Shown here one piece after another: positions 1-8,928 of a DNA stretch of 64,000 nt. The first letter of the stretch is position 1; every line of letters begins with the position of its first letter. The stretch is from Nitrospina sp. UBA6727 (GTDB lineage Bacteria; Nitrospinota; Nitrospinia; Nitrospinales; VA-1): assembly GCA_002454045.1 (NCBI GenBank), contig DKID01000004.1, positions 6,259 to 70,258 on the forward strand, in the 5' to 3' direction. The notes under the pieces are model-generated. The model worked only from the letters and a program-made list of their open reading frames with translations. It did no database searches and was not told the origin of the DNA. The translations under genes were made by a program, and so were the position numbers.

Positions 1-709
1 AAAGTATCACCGCGTCAAATTCGTTTTTCAATTCGTTCGCCGATTTGTCGACCCCGATGTTGATGCCGGTCTTAAAGATTACGCCGGATTTTTTCATCAC
101 CTGCAATCGGCGTTTTACAACTTCCTTCTCCAACTTAAAGTGAGGGATGCCGTACATCAAGAGTCCGCCGACACGATCATCTTTTTCGAAAACGGTGACC
201 TCGTGTCCCGCCGCGTTGAGTTGATCCGCGCAGGCCAATCCCGCTGGCCCCGACCCGACAACCGCTATTTTTTTTTCCGTTCGAAACGCAGGTTTGCGCG
301 GCTTGATGAATCCCAACTCAAATCCTTTTTCCGCGATCATCTCTTCGATTTTGCAAATCGTAACCGCCGGTTCCGTGATGCCCAACACGCAAGCACTTTC
401 GCAAGGAGCGGGACATATGCGCCCGGTAAATTCGGGAAAATTGTTGGTCTTCTGCAACAACTCCACCGCCTCTCGATACCGGCCACGATAGACCATGTCG
501 TTCCAGTCGGGAATTAAATTTCCTAGCGGACAGCCGGTGTCGCTTTGACAAAACGGAACTCCGCAATCCATGCACCGAGCTCCTTGCTGCCGATACTTTT
601 CTTCCGGGAACGGAGCGTAGCATTCCTTCTGATCCTTGAGCCGATTTTCAACCGGCCGCACAGACGGCGTCTCTCGCCCGTACTCCATGAATCCTTTTAG
701 CGCACCCAT
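1..709 (-). CDS. gltD: Glutamate synthase small subunit (GltD). Only the N-terminal ~236 codons are present; the ORF runs off the left edge, so it is absent from the ORF track.
   Basis: My own minus-strand translation from ATG 709 reads MGALKGFMEYGRETPSVRPVENRLKDQKECYAPFPEEKYRQQGARCMDCGVPFCQ..CPLGNLIPDWN..RICPAPCESACVLG..KKIAVVGSGPAGLACADQLNAAGHEVTVFEKDDRVGGLLMYGIPHFKL. It has Fe-S Cys clusters plus a GxGxxG dinucleotide fold. It starts 32 nt downstream of the gltB stop, and an AAAGGAA RBS is present. Confidence 0.85.
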   Translation of the reverse strand, partial: MGALKGFMEYGRETPSVRPVENRLKDQKECYAPFPEEKYRQQGARCMDCGVPFCQSDTGCPLGNLIPDWNDMVYRGRYREAVELLQKTNNFPEFTGRICPAPCESACVLGITEPAVTICKIEEMIAEKGFELGFIKPRKPAFRTEKKIAVVGSGPAGLACADQLNAAGHEVTVFEKDDRVGGLLMYGIPHFKLEKEVVKRRLQVMKKSGVIFKTGINIGVDKSANELKNEFDAVIL

Positions 710-741
710 TGAAAATTTTAATTCCTTTCTAGAAATTTTCG

Positions 742-3700
742 TCAGGCGACCAGCGCTGCATTTTTTCTCTTACGTTCTTCCAGCACTCGGCGATAATCTT
801 GCGGATAAACTTTGACGAACTTTGGCAGGGTTTCTTCCCACTCATCAAGCATCTTTTTTGCGACGCGGCTTTGCGTACTTTGAAAGTGTTCCTCAATCGA
901 CTGCTTTAATTGTTGAACATCTTCGGGTTCTTCAACGGCAAGTAGATCGACGATATTTTTGTTGCAGTGAATGGGGAACGTATTGTCTCGGTTGAAAACA
1001 TACGCCAGTCCGCCGCTCATTCCGGCGGCGAAGTTTCTGCCCGTGGAACCGAGAACCACAACGGTTCCTCCCGTCATATATTCGCAACCGTGGTCGCCCA
1101 CCTCTTCCACCACTGCCTGCGCGCCGCTGTTGCGCACGGCGAAACGTTCCCCCGCAATTCCGCGAAAAAATGCTTTTCCGGAAACGGCACCGTAGAGAAC
1201 GGTGTTTCCTATTAAAATATTTTCTTCGGCGACGAGGGTGGAATTTTTCGGCGGATAAATAATCAATCTTCCGCCCGACAAACCTTTTCCCACGTAGTCG
1301 TTGGCATCTCCGGCAAGACGAAAAGTTATCCCCGGCGCAAGGAAAGCCCCGAAGCTTTGGCCCGCGGAGCCTGTAAAATTAAACTGGATCGTGTCCGCCG
1401 GCAATCCTTCTTCCCCGTGCAATTTAGAAATACGATAACTGAGCATCGCCCCGGTGGCTCGGTCGGTGTTACGGATGGAGATATCACCGTGGACCTGAAT
1501 TTTATTTGCGATGGCCGGCTGACTCATCGCTATCAGTTTATGGTCTAACGCGTTGTCCAAGTCGCCGCTCAAATCTTGCGTGCAGACATTTCTCAGCGCC
1601 ACTTTTTCATCCACCGCGGGTTTAAATAAAATTTTACTCACATCCAAACCGCTGGCTTTCCAATGGTCAACCGCTTCTTCTCCTTCGAGCAATTCTACTT
1701 TGCCAATCAGGTCGATGAACTTTCTAATTCCCAATCGCGCCATAATTTCCCGGACTTCTTCCGCGATGAAGCGAAAAAAATTGACGACATAATCCGCCTT
1801 CGCGTCAAACTTTTTTCTGAGGACCGGGTCTTGTGTTGCAATCCCCACCGAGCAAGTATTGAGATGACATTTTCTCATCATGATGCAACCCATCGTAATC
1901 AGGGCGGTGGTGGAAAACCCAAACTCATCGGCGCCAAGGATTCCGCCAATCACAACATCGCGTCCCGTTTTGAGTTGCCCATCCACTTGAACGCGAATGC
2001 GCCCGCGAAGATCGTTGAGTATGAGAACCTGTTGCGTTTCGGAAAGACCAAGTTCCCAAGGAAGTCCCGCGTGTTTGATCGAAGTCTGCGGCGATGCTCC
2101 GGTCCCGCCATCGTGTCCGGCGATCAACACTCCTTCCGCGCGCGCTTTGGAAACTCCCGCCGCGATGGTGCCGACGCCCGCTTCCGCGACGAGTTTGACA
2201 CTCACCCGCGCGTCGGGGTTGGCATTGTGAAGATCAAATATCAGTTGCTGTAAATCTTCGATGGAATAAATATCGTGATGAGGAGGAGGAGAAATCAAAG
2301 CCACGCCCGGCGTTGAGTTGCGAATCTTGGCGATGTACTCGCTGACTTTATGCCCCGGCAACTGACCGCCTTCGCCGGGCTTCGCGCCTTGGGCAATCTT
2401 GATTTGCATTTCGTCGGCGTTCGCCAAATAAAAACTGTTCACCCCGAATCGTCCCGAGGCGACTTGCTTGATTTTGCTACGGCGGGAATCTCCGTTCGCG
2501 TCTGGAATATAGCGCACCGAATCTTCGCCGCCTTCGCCCGTGTTGCTTTTCCCGCCCAGTCGATTCATGGCGATCGCCAACGTCTCGTGGGCTTCGCGGG
2601 AAATCGAACCGATGGACATGGCGCCGGTACAAAAACGTTTGGTGATCGCCGCCGCGGGTTCCACTTCGTCAATGGGAATCGGTGTCGTCGCCTTAAAGTT
2701 GAGTAGTCCCCGCAAAGTACATTGCCGCGTACTTTCTTCGTCGGCGTGTTGGGAAAACTTTTTGTAGGTCGCGTAATCGTTGGTGCGGGTGGCGTGTTGC
2801 AATAATCCGATGGCGTGCGGATTGAGCATATGTTTTTCTTCGCCGCGGCGCCAATGGTAGTCACCGCCAAGTTCCAGTTGCGGAAAAAGTTCGCCGCCGA
2901 AAGCTCGTTGATGTCTCGCCAGCGTCTCCGTTGCCAGCACGTCAAGACCCGCGCCGCTTACTCGGGAAGGGGTGCCGGTAAAGAAACGTTCTATCACGTC
3001 TTCGTTTAATCCAACCGCTTCAAAAATTTGCGCGCCGCGATAACTTTGGATGGTGGAGATTCCCATCTTCGCGATGATTTTGAATAAACCTTTTTTTGTC
3101 GCCTCGATAAAATTATCGACCGCCGCGCGCGCGTCTTGCTTTTCGATATACACCGCTTCGTTCGCGATCTGCACCGCCGTTTCGTAAGCGAGGTAAGGAT
3201 AAACCGCGCCGGCGCCGTAACCAATCAACAACGCGAAGTGCATCATCTCCCGCGCTTCGCCGGTCTCCACAGCCAACCCTACCCGAGTGCGCGTCCTCCC
3301 GCGCAAAAGGTGATGGTGCACTCCAGCGGTGGCGATGAGGCTGGGCAAGGCGGCGTGGTCGGCATCGATTCCCTTGTCGGACAAAACCAAAATGGTGGCG
3401 CCGTCTTCGATCGCTTGCGAAGATTTTTCGCACAACACATCCAAAGCGCGTTCCATTCCTTTTTTCCCTTCGGCGACGGGGAACAAAGTTGAAAGCACGG
3501 CGGTCTTCAAATACTCCTCATCGAGTTTGCGGATTTTCTCCATCTCTTCGCCGGTGAGAATGGGGTGCGCAACTTTTAGTTTGCGGCAATGTTCGGGGCT
3601 CTCTTCCAAAAGGTTTTTTTCTTTTCCGAGCGTCACCTCCATGGACATAACAAGTTCTTCGCGGATGGAGTCGATGGCGGGGTTGGTCACTTGCGCGAAA

Positions 3701-5262
3701 AGTTGCTTGAAGTAATGGAACAACAGTTGCGGCTTTTGCGACAAAACCGCGAGCGGCGTGTCGTTGCCCATCGAGCCGGTCGCTTCCTGCGCGGTTCCAA
3801 TCATGGGGGCGATGATGAACTTGATGTCTTCGAGGGTGTATCCGAACGCGGTCTGACGGGTTAAGAGGGAATCGTAATCTGGCGCGAACTTGTAATTCGT
3901 CGCCGGCAAATCTTTGAGGTTAACCTGATTTTCCGTCACCCATTTTTTATAAGGTTTTTGCGTTACGATTTTAGTTTTCAATTCTTCATCGGAAATGATG
4001 CGCCCTTCGTTGATGTCGATGAGAAACATTTTGCCCGGCTGCAACCTTCCCTTGTAAGCAATGTTGGCTTCGTCCACGGGGAGGACGCCTACTTCGGACG
4101 CCATGATGACGAGCCCGTCTTTGGTCACATAATAACGTGACGGACGCAAACCATTTCGGTCCAGCACCGCGCCGCAAGTTTCGCCGTCGGTGAAAGCGAT
4201 GGAGGCGGGACCGTCCCATGGTTCCATCATGGAAGCGTGGAATTCGTAAAACCCGCGCTTGTCTTCGTCCATCGTTTCGTGCCCGCTCCACGGTTCGGGG
4301 ATCATCATCATCATGGCGTGGGCTAACGAGCGCCCCGTCAAGAACAACATTTCCAATGCTTGATCAAAGTCCGCCGAGTCGCTACCGCCCGGGGCGATGA
4401 CGGGGAGGATGGTGTTGATGTCTTCGAACAAAGGCGACGCAAACATTGACTCGCGGGCGCGCATCCAATTTTGGTTTCCGCGGACTGTATTGATTTCGCC
4501 GTTGTGCGCGATGTAACGAAACGGCTGGGCTCGTCCCCACGATGGAAATGTATTGGTGCTATAACGAGAATGGGCTAACGCCAAAGCCGAAATCATGTTC
4601 AAGTCTTTGAGGTCGAGATAATAAGTTTCCAATTGCGGAGCCATCAGTTGCCCTTTGTAAATTAGGGTCTTGCTGGAAAGACTGCAGGTGTAAAAGTTTT
4701 CGTTGTTGTCATTGAGCCCGGCTTGCCGCACTTCCCACGCGGTGCGTTTGCGAACACAATAAAGCCTGCGTTCAAAAGCCAACTGGTCTTTAACGTCCGC
4801 GCTAGCGCCGACAAAAATTTGTTTGATGACCGGTTCAACGGAACGGGCTTTCACTCCGATCATTGTGTTGTCCACCGGAACATCGCGCCAACCGAGAAGC
4901 ACCAAGCCCGCGGTTGCAACGGCGCGCTCCATGATTTGTTGACCTTGCTTTGCGCCGTCGCCGGGCGGAAGAAAAATATTTCCCACGGCGTATCGCCCAG
5001 CCTCGGGCAACTTGACGCCGACTTGCTCGCTCTGCTCCTGGAAAAACAAATGCGGAATTTGGATGAGAATCCCGGCACCGTCGCCCGTCGCCGAGTCGGA
5101 ACCGCAGGCTCCGCGATGCTCCAGCTTCGTGAGGATTTCCAATCCCTGGGTAATAATTTCGTGAGACTTTTCGCCCTTCATATTCATGACGAACCCCACC
5201 CCGCAACTATCTTTCTCGAAGGCGGGATCATAAAGTCCCTGTTTTTTTGGGAAAGCGTACAT
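742..5262 (-). CDS. gltB: Glutamate synthase large subunit (GltB)
   Basis: The ORF 742..5316 is 1524 aa. It has the Ntn-amidotransferase N-terminus (..FEKDSCGVGFV..), central and FMN domains, and the C-terminal GltB beta-helix region. The preferred start is ATG 5262 (MYAFPKKQGLYDPAFEKDSCGVGF), preceded by AAGGAAA. Confidence 0.95.
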   Translation of the reverse strand: MYAFPKKQGLYDPAFEKDSCGVGFVMNMKGEKSHEIITQGLEILTKLEHRGACGSDSATGDGAGILIQIPHLFFQEQSEQVGVKLPEAGRYAVGNIFLPPGDGAKQGQQIMERAVATAGLVLLGWRDVPVDNTMIGVKARSVEPVIKQIFVGASADVKDQLAFERRLYCVRKRTAWEVRQAGLNDNNENFYTCSLSSKTLIYKGQLMAPQLETYYLDLKDLNMISALALAHSRYSTNTFPSWGRAQPFRYIAHNGEINTVRGNQNWMRARESMFASPLFEDINTILPVIAPGGSDSADFDQALEMLFLTGRSLAHAMMMMIPEPWSGHETMDEDKRGFYEFHASMMEPWDGPASIAFTDGETCGAVLDRNGLRPSRYYVTKDGLVIMASEVGVLPVDEANIAYKGRLQPGKMFLIDINEGRIISDEELKTKIVTQKPYKKWVTENQVNLKDLPATNYKFAPDYDSLLTRQTAFGYTLEDIKFIIAPMIGTAQEATGSMGNDTPLAVLSQKPQLLFHYFKQLFAQVTNPAIDSIREELVMSMEVTLGKEKNLLEESPEHCRKLKVAHPILTGEEMEKIRKLDEEYLKTAVLSTLFPVAEGKKGMERALDVLCEKSSQAIEDGATILVLSDKGIDADHAALPSLIATAGVHHHLLRGRTRTRVGLAVETGEAREMMHFALLIGYGAGAVYPYLAYETAVQIANEAVYIEKQDARAAVDNFIEATKKGLFKIIAKMGISTIQSYRGAQIFEAVGLNEDVIERFFTGTPSRVSGAGLDVLATETLARHQRAFGGELFPQLELGGDYHWRRGEEKHMLNPHAIGLLQHATRTNDYATYKKFSQHADEESTRQCTLRGLLNFKATTPIPIDEVEPAAAITKRFCTGAMSIGSISREAHETLAIAMNRLGGKSNTGEGGEDSVRYIPDANGDSRRSKIKQVASGRFGVNSFYLANADEMQIKIAQGAKPGEGGQLPGHKVSEYIAKIRNSTPGVALISPPPHHDIYSIEDLQQLIFDLHNANPDARVSVKLVAEAGVGTIAAGVSKARAEGVLIAGHDGGTGASPQTSIKHAGLPWELGLSETQQVLILNDLRGRIRVQVDGQLKTGRDVVIGGILGADEFGFSTTALITMGCIMMRKCHLNTCSVGIATQDPVLRKKFDAKADYVVNFFRFIAEEVREIMARLGIRKFIDLIGKVELLEGEEAVDHWKASGLDVSKILFKPAVDEKVALRNVCTQDLSGDLDNALDHKLIAMSQPAIANKIQVHGDISIRNTDRATGAMLSYRISKLHGEEGLPADTIQFNFTGSAGQSFGAFLAPGITFRLAGDANDYVGKGLSGGRLIIYPPKNSTLVAEENILIGNTVLYGAVSGKAFFRGIAGERFAVRNSGAQAVVEEVGDHGCEYMTGGTVVVLGSTGRNFAAGMSGGLAYVFNRDNTFPIHCNKNIVDLLAVEEPEDVQQLKQSIEEHFQSTQSRVAKKMLDEWEETLPKFVKVYPQDYRRVLEERKRKNAALVA

Positions 5263-5434
5263 AGATTTCCTTAACCCGTTGAATTTGGAATGTCCCTTAC
5301 ATCCCGCAGAAACCAAAAACTTTCAGGCGGAAACTTTCCGTCACAAGCAAAAGTCGCAACTAGTGGGAGTCCCTTGGCGCCACCAAGTTCTACATCAAGA
5401 GGCTCTGCGGAGGAACTGATAAATTAATGCGGAT

Positions 5435-5458
5435 ATTATACATAACAAAGTGTATAAT
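5435..5458. promoter_or_regulatory. Perfect 8-bp inverted repeat ATTATACA-N8-TGTATAAT in the divergent gltB/leuA intergenic region. The right arm is also an extended -10 (TGTATAAT) on the + strand.
   Basis: Read directly: 5435-5442 ATTATACA, an 8-nt spacer taacaaag, then 5451-5458 TGTATAAT, the exact reverse complement. The function as operator or promoter is inferred only. Confidence 0.3.
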
Positions 5459-5515
5459 TTGAATAATTAGTGCAAGTTGACGCGAAGGTTTCGGGAAAGC
5501 CAATCAGGGAGCGCA

Positions 5516-5789
5516 GTGATTGTTGATGAAATAATGACCCGCACGGTCATCATCATTAAGTTCGAAGACACGCTTTACAACGCGCAAAGTTTGATGGTTG
5601 AAAACTCCACCCGCCATTTGCCGACTCGTCCGGAAAAATCAACTTGAAGGCATCATCGTCGGCATGTTCTCCTACGCAAAAAATAAAAAGAAGCAAGTCT
5701 ATTATTTTCGCTTAGACCTGTGCGAGACAGACTCTCTAGTCAAAAAGTTGGAAGCCGACGGATTCAAAGTGTCGAACGCCATCGACTGA
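5516..5789 (+). pseudogene. Small CBS-domain (plus ACT-like tail) ORF interrupted by an apparent +1 frameshift
   Basis: The frame from GTG 5516 (GGGAG RBS 4 nt upstream) gives VIVDEIMTRTVIIIKFEDTLYNAQSLMVENSTRHLPTRPEKST* and stops at 5647. The overlapping frame (track ORF 5598..5789) continues ..LVRKNQLEGIIVGMFSYAKNKKKQVYYFRLDLCETDSLVKKLEADGFKVSNAID. Deleting a single base near 5623-5626 joins them as ..RHLP-LVRKNQLEGIIV.., a classic CBS 'hhlPVv..g.lvGIit' core. Confidence 0.45.
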
Positions 5790-5972
5790 AGTCCGGCTTT
5801 TTGAATTTCCCTCTTCCTGATTCCGATGAACTTTGAAAACGTCCCCGGCTCATCAGGCCAAGAGTATCGCCGCTAACGGCGCGTAATATTTTTTAACCAT
5901 TGCCAATAACAACCGAACGCCGTCGCGCCTTAATCCCGTGAACGCTAAACTTTGAAAGGGAACTTTATAACT

Positions 5973-7535
5973 ATGCAACCCGAGAAACTCATTATCTTCG
6001 ACACCACGCTACGAGACGGAGAGCAATGCCCCGGCGCCAGTTTGAACATCAAGGAAAAACTTGAAATCGCCCGGCAACTTGTCCTGCTCAAAGTGGATGT
6101 CATCGAAGCGGGTTTTCCGGTTGCTTCGCCAGGCGACTTCGAAGCGGTCAAACAGATTGCGCAAGAAATCCGCGGATCGAAAATTGCCGGACTTTCCCGC
6201 GCGCTGGAAAAAGATATTACAGCAACGGCGCGCGCTTTGGAAAAAGCCGAGTCGCCGCGCATCCACGTTTTCCTGTCCACATCCAAAATTCATCGCGAAC
6301 ACATGGCGCAAAAAGCCAAAGAAGAAATCGTCGTGATGGGAGTGAACGCCATCCGCTTCGCGCGCAAATATTGCGACGACGTGGAATTCTCCCCGATGGA
6401 CGCGACCCGGACGGAAAAAGATTTTCTCGCCGAGGTGACAAAGGAAGTCATCGCCGCCGGCGCCACCACGGTCAATATTCCCGACACCGTTGGGTACACC
6501 GTTCCCGAAGAATTCGCGGAACTCATCCAGTATCTAAAAACGAATGTCGCCAACATTGACCAAGCCGTCATCAGCGTGCATTGTCATGACGACCTCGGAC
6601 TCGCGGTTTCCAATTCTCTTGCCGCGGTGCAGGCGGGGGCGCGGCAAGTGGAATGCACCATCAACGGCATCGGCGAACGCGCCGGGAACGCCGCCATGGA
6701 AGAAGTCGTCATGGCGGTTAAAACCCGAAAAGATTTTTTCCACCGCGTGTACACCGGAATCGAAACCAAACATATACAGACCTGCAGTAAATTGGTCAGC
6801 AGTTTGACCGGCTTCTTCGTGCAACGCAACAAAGCCATCGTCGGGAAAAACGCTTTCGCGCATGAGTCCGGCATCCACCAGCACGGGTTTCTCAAACGCA
6901 AGGACACCTTTGAGATTATGAACCCGAAGGACATCGGCGGGGAGGAATCGGAATTGGTGATGGGCAAACACTCGGGGCGGAGCGCTCTCATGCACAAGGT
7001 TCAAGGGTTGGGATACAGCCTGAAACAGAATGAACTAGACGAATTGTTCGCGGCGTTCAAAACTCTCGCGGATGAAAAAAAAGAAATCTTTGAGGACGAC
7101 CTTCATACGCTCATCCAGAAGCAAAAGTTTTCGGAGGAACAGTTGAACATCTATAAACTGAGTTCCCTACAATGTAATTTTGAAACTGGAAAAGTGCCGC
7201 AGGCCACGGTGATTCTGGTCGACCGCGATGAGAGCAAGCATTCTTCCAGCGCGAACGGCGATGGTCCCGTCGACGCGATTTACAACGCCATCGACAAAAT
7301 CACGGGTCTCCATTGCAAACTTCTGGACTACCAAGTCATGTCCAAAACCACGGGGCAAGATGCTCAAGGCGAAGTAACCGTTCGCGTTCAGCACGGAAAA
7401 AAAGAGTTGTTGGGAAAAGGCACCGGGGTCAACACGATAGAAGCTAGCGGCATCGCCTACTTGAACGCGATCAATAAATTTCTCGTCAAGTCAGAGTCTG
7501 AGCCAGACAAGGACGGCGAACTGCTGGGACCGTAA
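5973..7535 (+). CDS. leuA: 2-isopropylmalate synthase
   Basis: MQPEKLIIFDTTLRDGEQCPGASL.., the HxH metal site region (ISVHCHDDLG) and the C-terminal LeuA regulatory/dimerisation domain are present. The track ORF starts at TTG 5952. ATG 5973 fits the canonical LeuA N-terminus. Confidence 0.95.
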   Translation: MQPEKLIIFDTTLRDGEQCPGASLNIKEKLEIARQLVLLKVDVIEAGFPVASPGDFEAVKQIAQEIRGSKIAGLSRALEKDITATARALEKAESPRIHVFLSTSKIHREHMAQKAKEEIVVMGVNAIRFARKYCDDVEFSPMDATRTEKDFLAEVTKEVIAAGATTVNIPDTVGYTVPEEFAELIQYLKTNVANIDQAVISVHCHDDLGLAVSNSLAAVQAGARQVECTINGIGERAGNAAMEEVVMAVKTRKDFFHRVYTGIETKHIQTCSKLVSSLTGFFVQRNKAIVGKNAFAHESGIHQHGFLKRKDTFEIMNPKDIGGEESELVMGKHSGRSALMHKVQGLGYSLKQNELDELFAAFKTLADEKKEIFEDDLHTLIQKQKFSEEQLNIYKLSSLQCNFETGKVPQATVILVDRDESKHSSSANGDGPVDAIYNAIDKITGLHCKLLDYQVMSKTTGQDAQGEVTVRVQHGKKELLGKGTGVNTIEASGIAYLNAINKFLVKSESEPDKDGELLGP

Positions 7536-7619
7536 CCAGCGCCGCGGAATAACTTCCATCCTTCCGTTTAATTTGCGAGCGACTTTCGCGCCGAAAATTT
7601 TTCGACAGGAGACGACACC

Positions 7620-8345
7620 ATCTCCAAACGAGATACATTATTCAATCAAGCCGCAACCGCCGCGCCTTTCGAGTTCAACGAGTCGGTGGCAAATGTATTC
7701 GCGGACATGTTGGAACGCAGCGTCCCGATGTATCAAGAATGCCAATCCTTAACGGTGCGTTGGTGCGCCCGATTTGCCAAGCCGAATACCGCCGTCTACG
7801 ACTTGGGTTGTTCGACGGGAACGTTGCTTCTTAAACTGGCGCAAGCGGTGGACAAGGATGAAGGAATCGCCATATTCGGAATCGATAACTCTCAAGCCAT
7901 GCTGGAAAAATCCAGAGAAACGTGCAGAGAATCGCCGGTCCCTTGCAAACTTATCGAGGCAGATTTAAACCAAGGCGTTTCCATTCAAAACGCGTCCGCG
8001 GTGGCGATGAACTACACTCTGCAATTTGTCGCACCGGAAAATCGGGTTCAACTTTTAAAGAATGTGTATGAGGGATTATTACCCGAGGGCGCGTTCGTCC
8101 TCATCGAAAAAATAAAAAGCGGCGTTCCGGAACTAGACCGCGCCTTCATCGAATTTCACCATCAGTTGAAACGAGACCGAGGCTACTCCAATCTGGAAAT
8201 ATCCAAGAAGCGCGAGGCGCTGGAAAACGTACTCATTCCATGGACCGCGGAGGAGAACCGCAACCTCATCAAGCAGGCGGGCTTCCCAGCGGCTGACATA
8301 TTTTTCAAGTGGAACAACTTCGCCGGCTTCATTGCGTTAAAATAG
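7620..8345 (+). CDS. cmoA: Carboxy-S-adenosyl-L-methionine synthase (CmoA, tRNA cmo5U pathway); the start codon is problematic
   Basis: VFADMLERSVPMYQ..VYDLGCSTG..IDNSQAMLE..NYTLQFV..RGYSNLEISKKREALENVLIP..FKWNNFAGFIALK matches my recollection of E. coli CmoA along its whole length. Similarity (SKRDTLF..FEFNESVANVF) continues 22 codons upstream of the first canonical start (GTG 7686). See the findings for the ATC 7620 start hypothesis. Confidence 0.85.
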   Translation: MSKRDTLFNQAATAAPFEFNESVANVFADMLERSVPMYQECQSLTVRWCARFAKPNTAVYDLGCSTGTLLLKLAQAVDKDEGIAIFGIDNSQAMLEKSRETCRESPVPCKLIEADLNQGVSIQNASAVAMNYTLQFVAPENRVQLLKNVYEGLLPEGAFVLIEKIKSGVPELDRAFIEFHHQLKRDRGYSNLEISKKREALENVLIPWTAEENRNLIKQAGFPAADIFFKWNNFAGFIALK

Positions 8346-8425
8346 AAATTATTGTATGATTGGCGACTGACTTTTCACGCCCGCGAACAGGGAGTTTGCG
8401 ACATAAACAAAGAGGAATTTTTCCG

Positions 8426-8620
8426 ATGCCACATTACGATCACACATGCGAAAAATGTAAAAAGGATTTCGTCACGGAAATGAAAATGTCTGAAGTAGAT
8501 AAAAAAAAAGTTTCTTGCCCGGAATGCGGGTCGAAAAAAGTTTCGCGCCACGTGACCAATAATACGTTTTGGAGTGAGAGTGTTGACCGTTACAACTACT
8601 CAAAAACGCAAAATAATTAA
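8426..8620 (+). CDS. FmdB/CxxC_CxxC_SSSS-type zinc-ribbon protein (64 aa)
   Basis: MPHYDHTCEKCKKDFVTEMKMSEVDKKKVSCPECGSKKVSR has two CxxC pairs with the spacing typical of the FmdB putative regulatory zinc ribbon. AGAGGA lies 9 nt upstream of ATG 8426. Confidence 0.7.
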   Translation: MPHYDHTCEKCKKDFVTEMKMSEVDKKKVSCPECGSKKVSRHVTNNTFWSESVDRYNYSKTQNN

Positions 8621-8694
8621 TTCATAATCGCAGAAATCCTGAACGCCAAATAAGTTATAGACACCTCGGAAGAATTTCAAAATCTAAAAATAGT

Positions 8695-8771
8695 CGGGAT
8701 GTAGCGCAGCCTGGTAGCGCACTTGCTTCGGGAGTAAGGGGCCGGAGGTTCAAATCCTCTCATCCCGACCA
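8695..8771 (+). tRNA. tRNA-Pro (anticodon CGG), CCA encoded
   Basis: Hand-folded cloverleaf: acceptor CGGGATG/CATCCCG, D arm GCGC-AGCCTGGTA-GCGC, anticodon arm CTTGC-TTCGGGA-GTAAG, variable GGGCC, T arm GGAGG-TTCAAAT-CCTCT, discriminator A, CCA. It is near-identical in layout to my recollection of E. coli tRNA-Pro(CGG). Confidence 0.9.
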
Positions 8772-8928
8772 GTTTTCTAATTGTCTTCCCCCCTCGCCGC
8801 CGTCACCACCATCGCCGGACTACTTGAACTTGCCGACTCCTCCTCATCCCGTTGAATGATTCCGCGATAGAATATAAAATGAATTGTCTGGAAATCTGTT
8901 CATCCCTGCGATTTAGAAATTACCCTTC

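Noticed and set aside
140-517. 125-aa plus-strand ORF, and neighbouring track ORFs at 294..491 and 318..623.
   Set aside because: They lie antisense to or out of frame with the clearly homologous gltD reading frame (1..709, minus). They have no recognisable motifs.
1663-2253. 196-aa plus-strand ORF, and many other 60-180-aa ORFs inside 742..5316 (for example 4723..5274).
   Set aside because: These are shadow ORFs antisense to gltB. They have Arg/Gly/Pro-rich low-complexity translations typical of the opposite strand of GC-rich coding DNA.
5374-5390. Sigma54-like TGGCGC-N5-AGTTC, and a CTTGG-N5-CCAAG inverted repeat upstream of gltB.
   Set aside because: The -12 element lacks the conserved GC of TGGCAC-N5-TTGCW, and its orientation points away from gltB. 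The 5-bp palindrome is too short to be meaningful alone.
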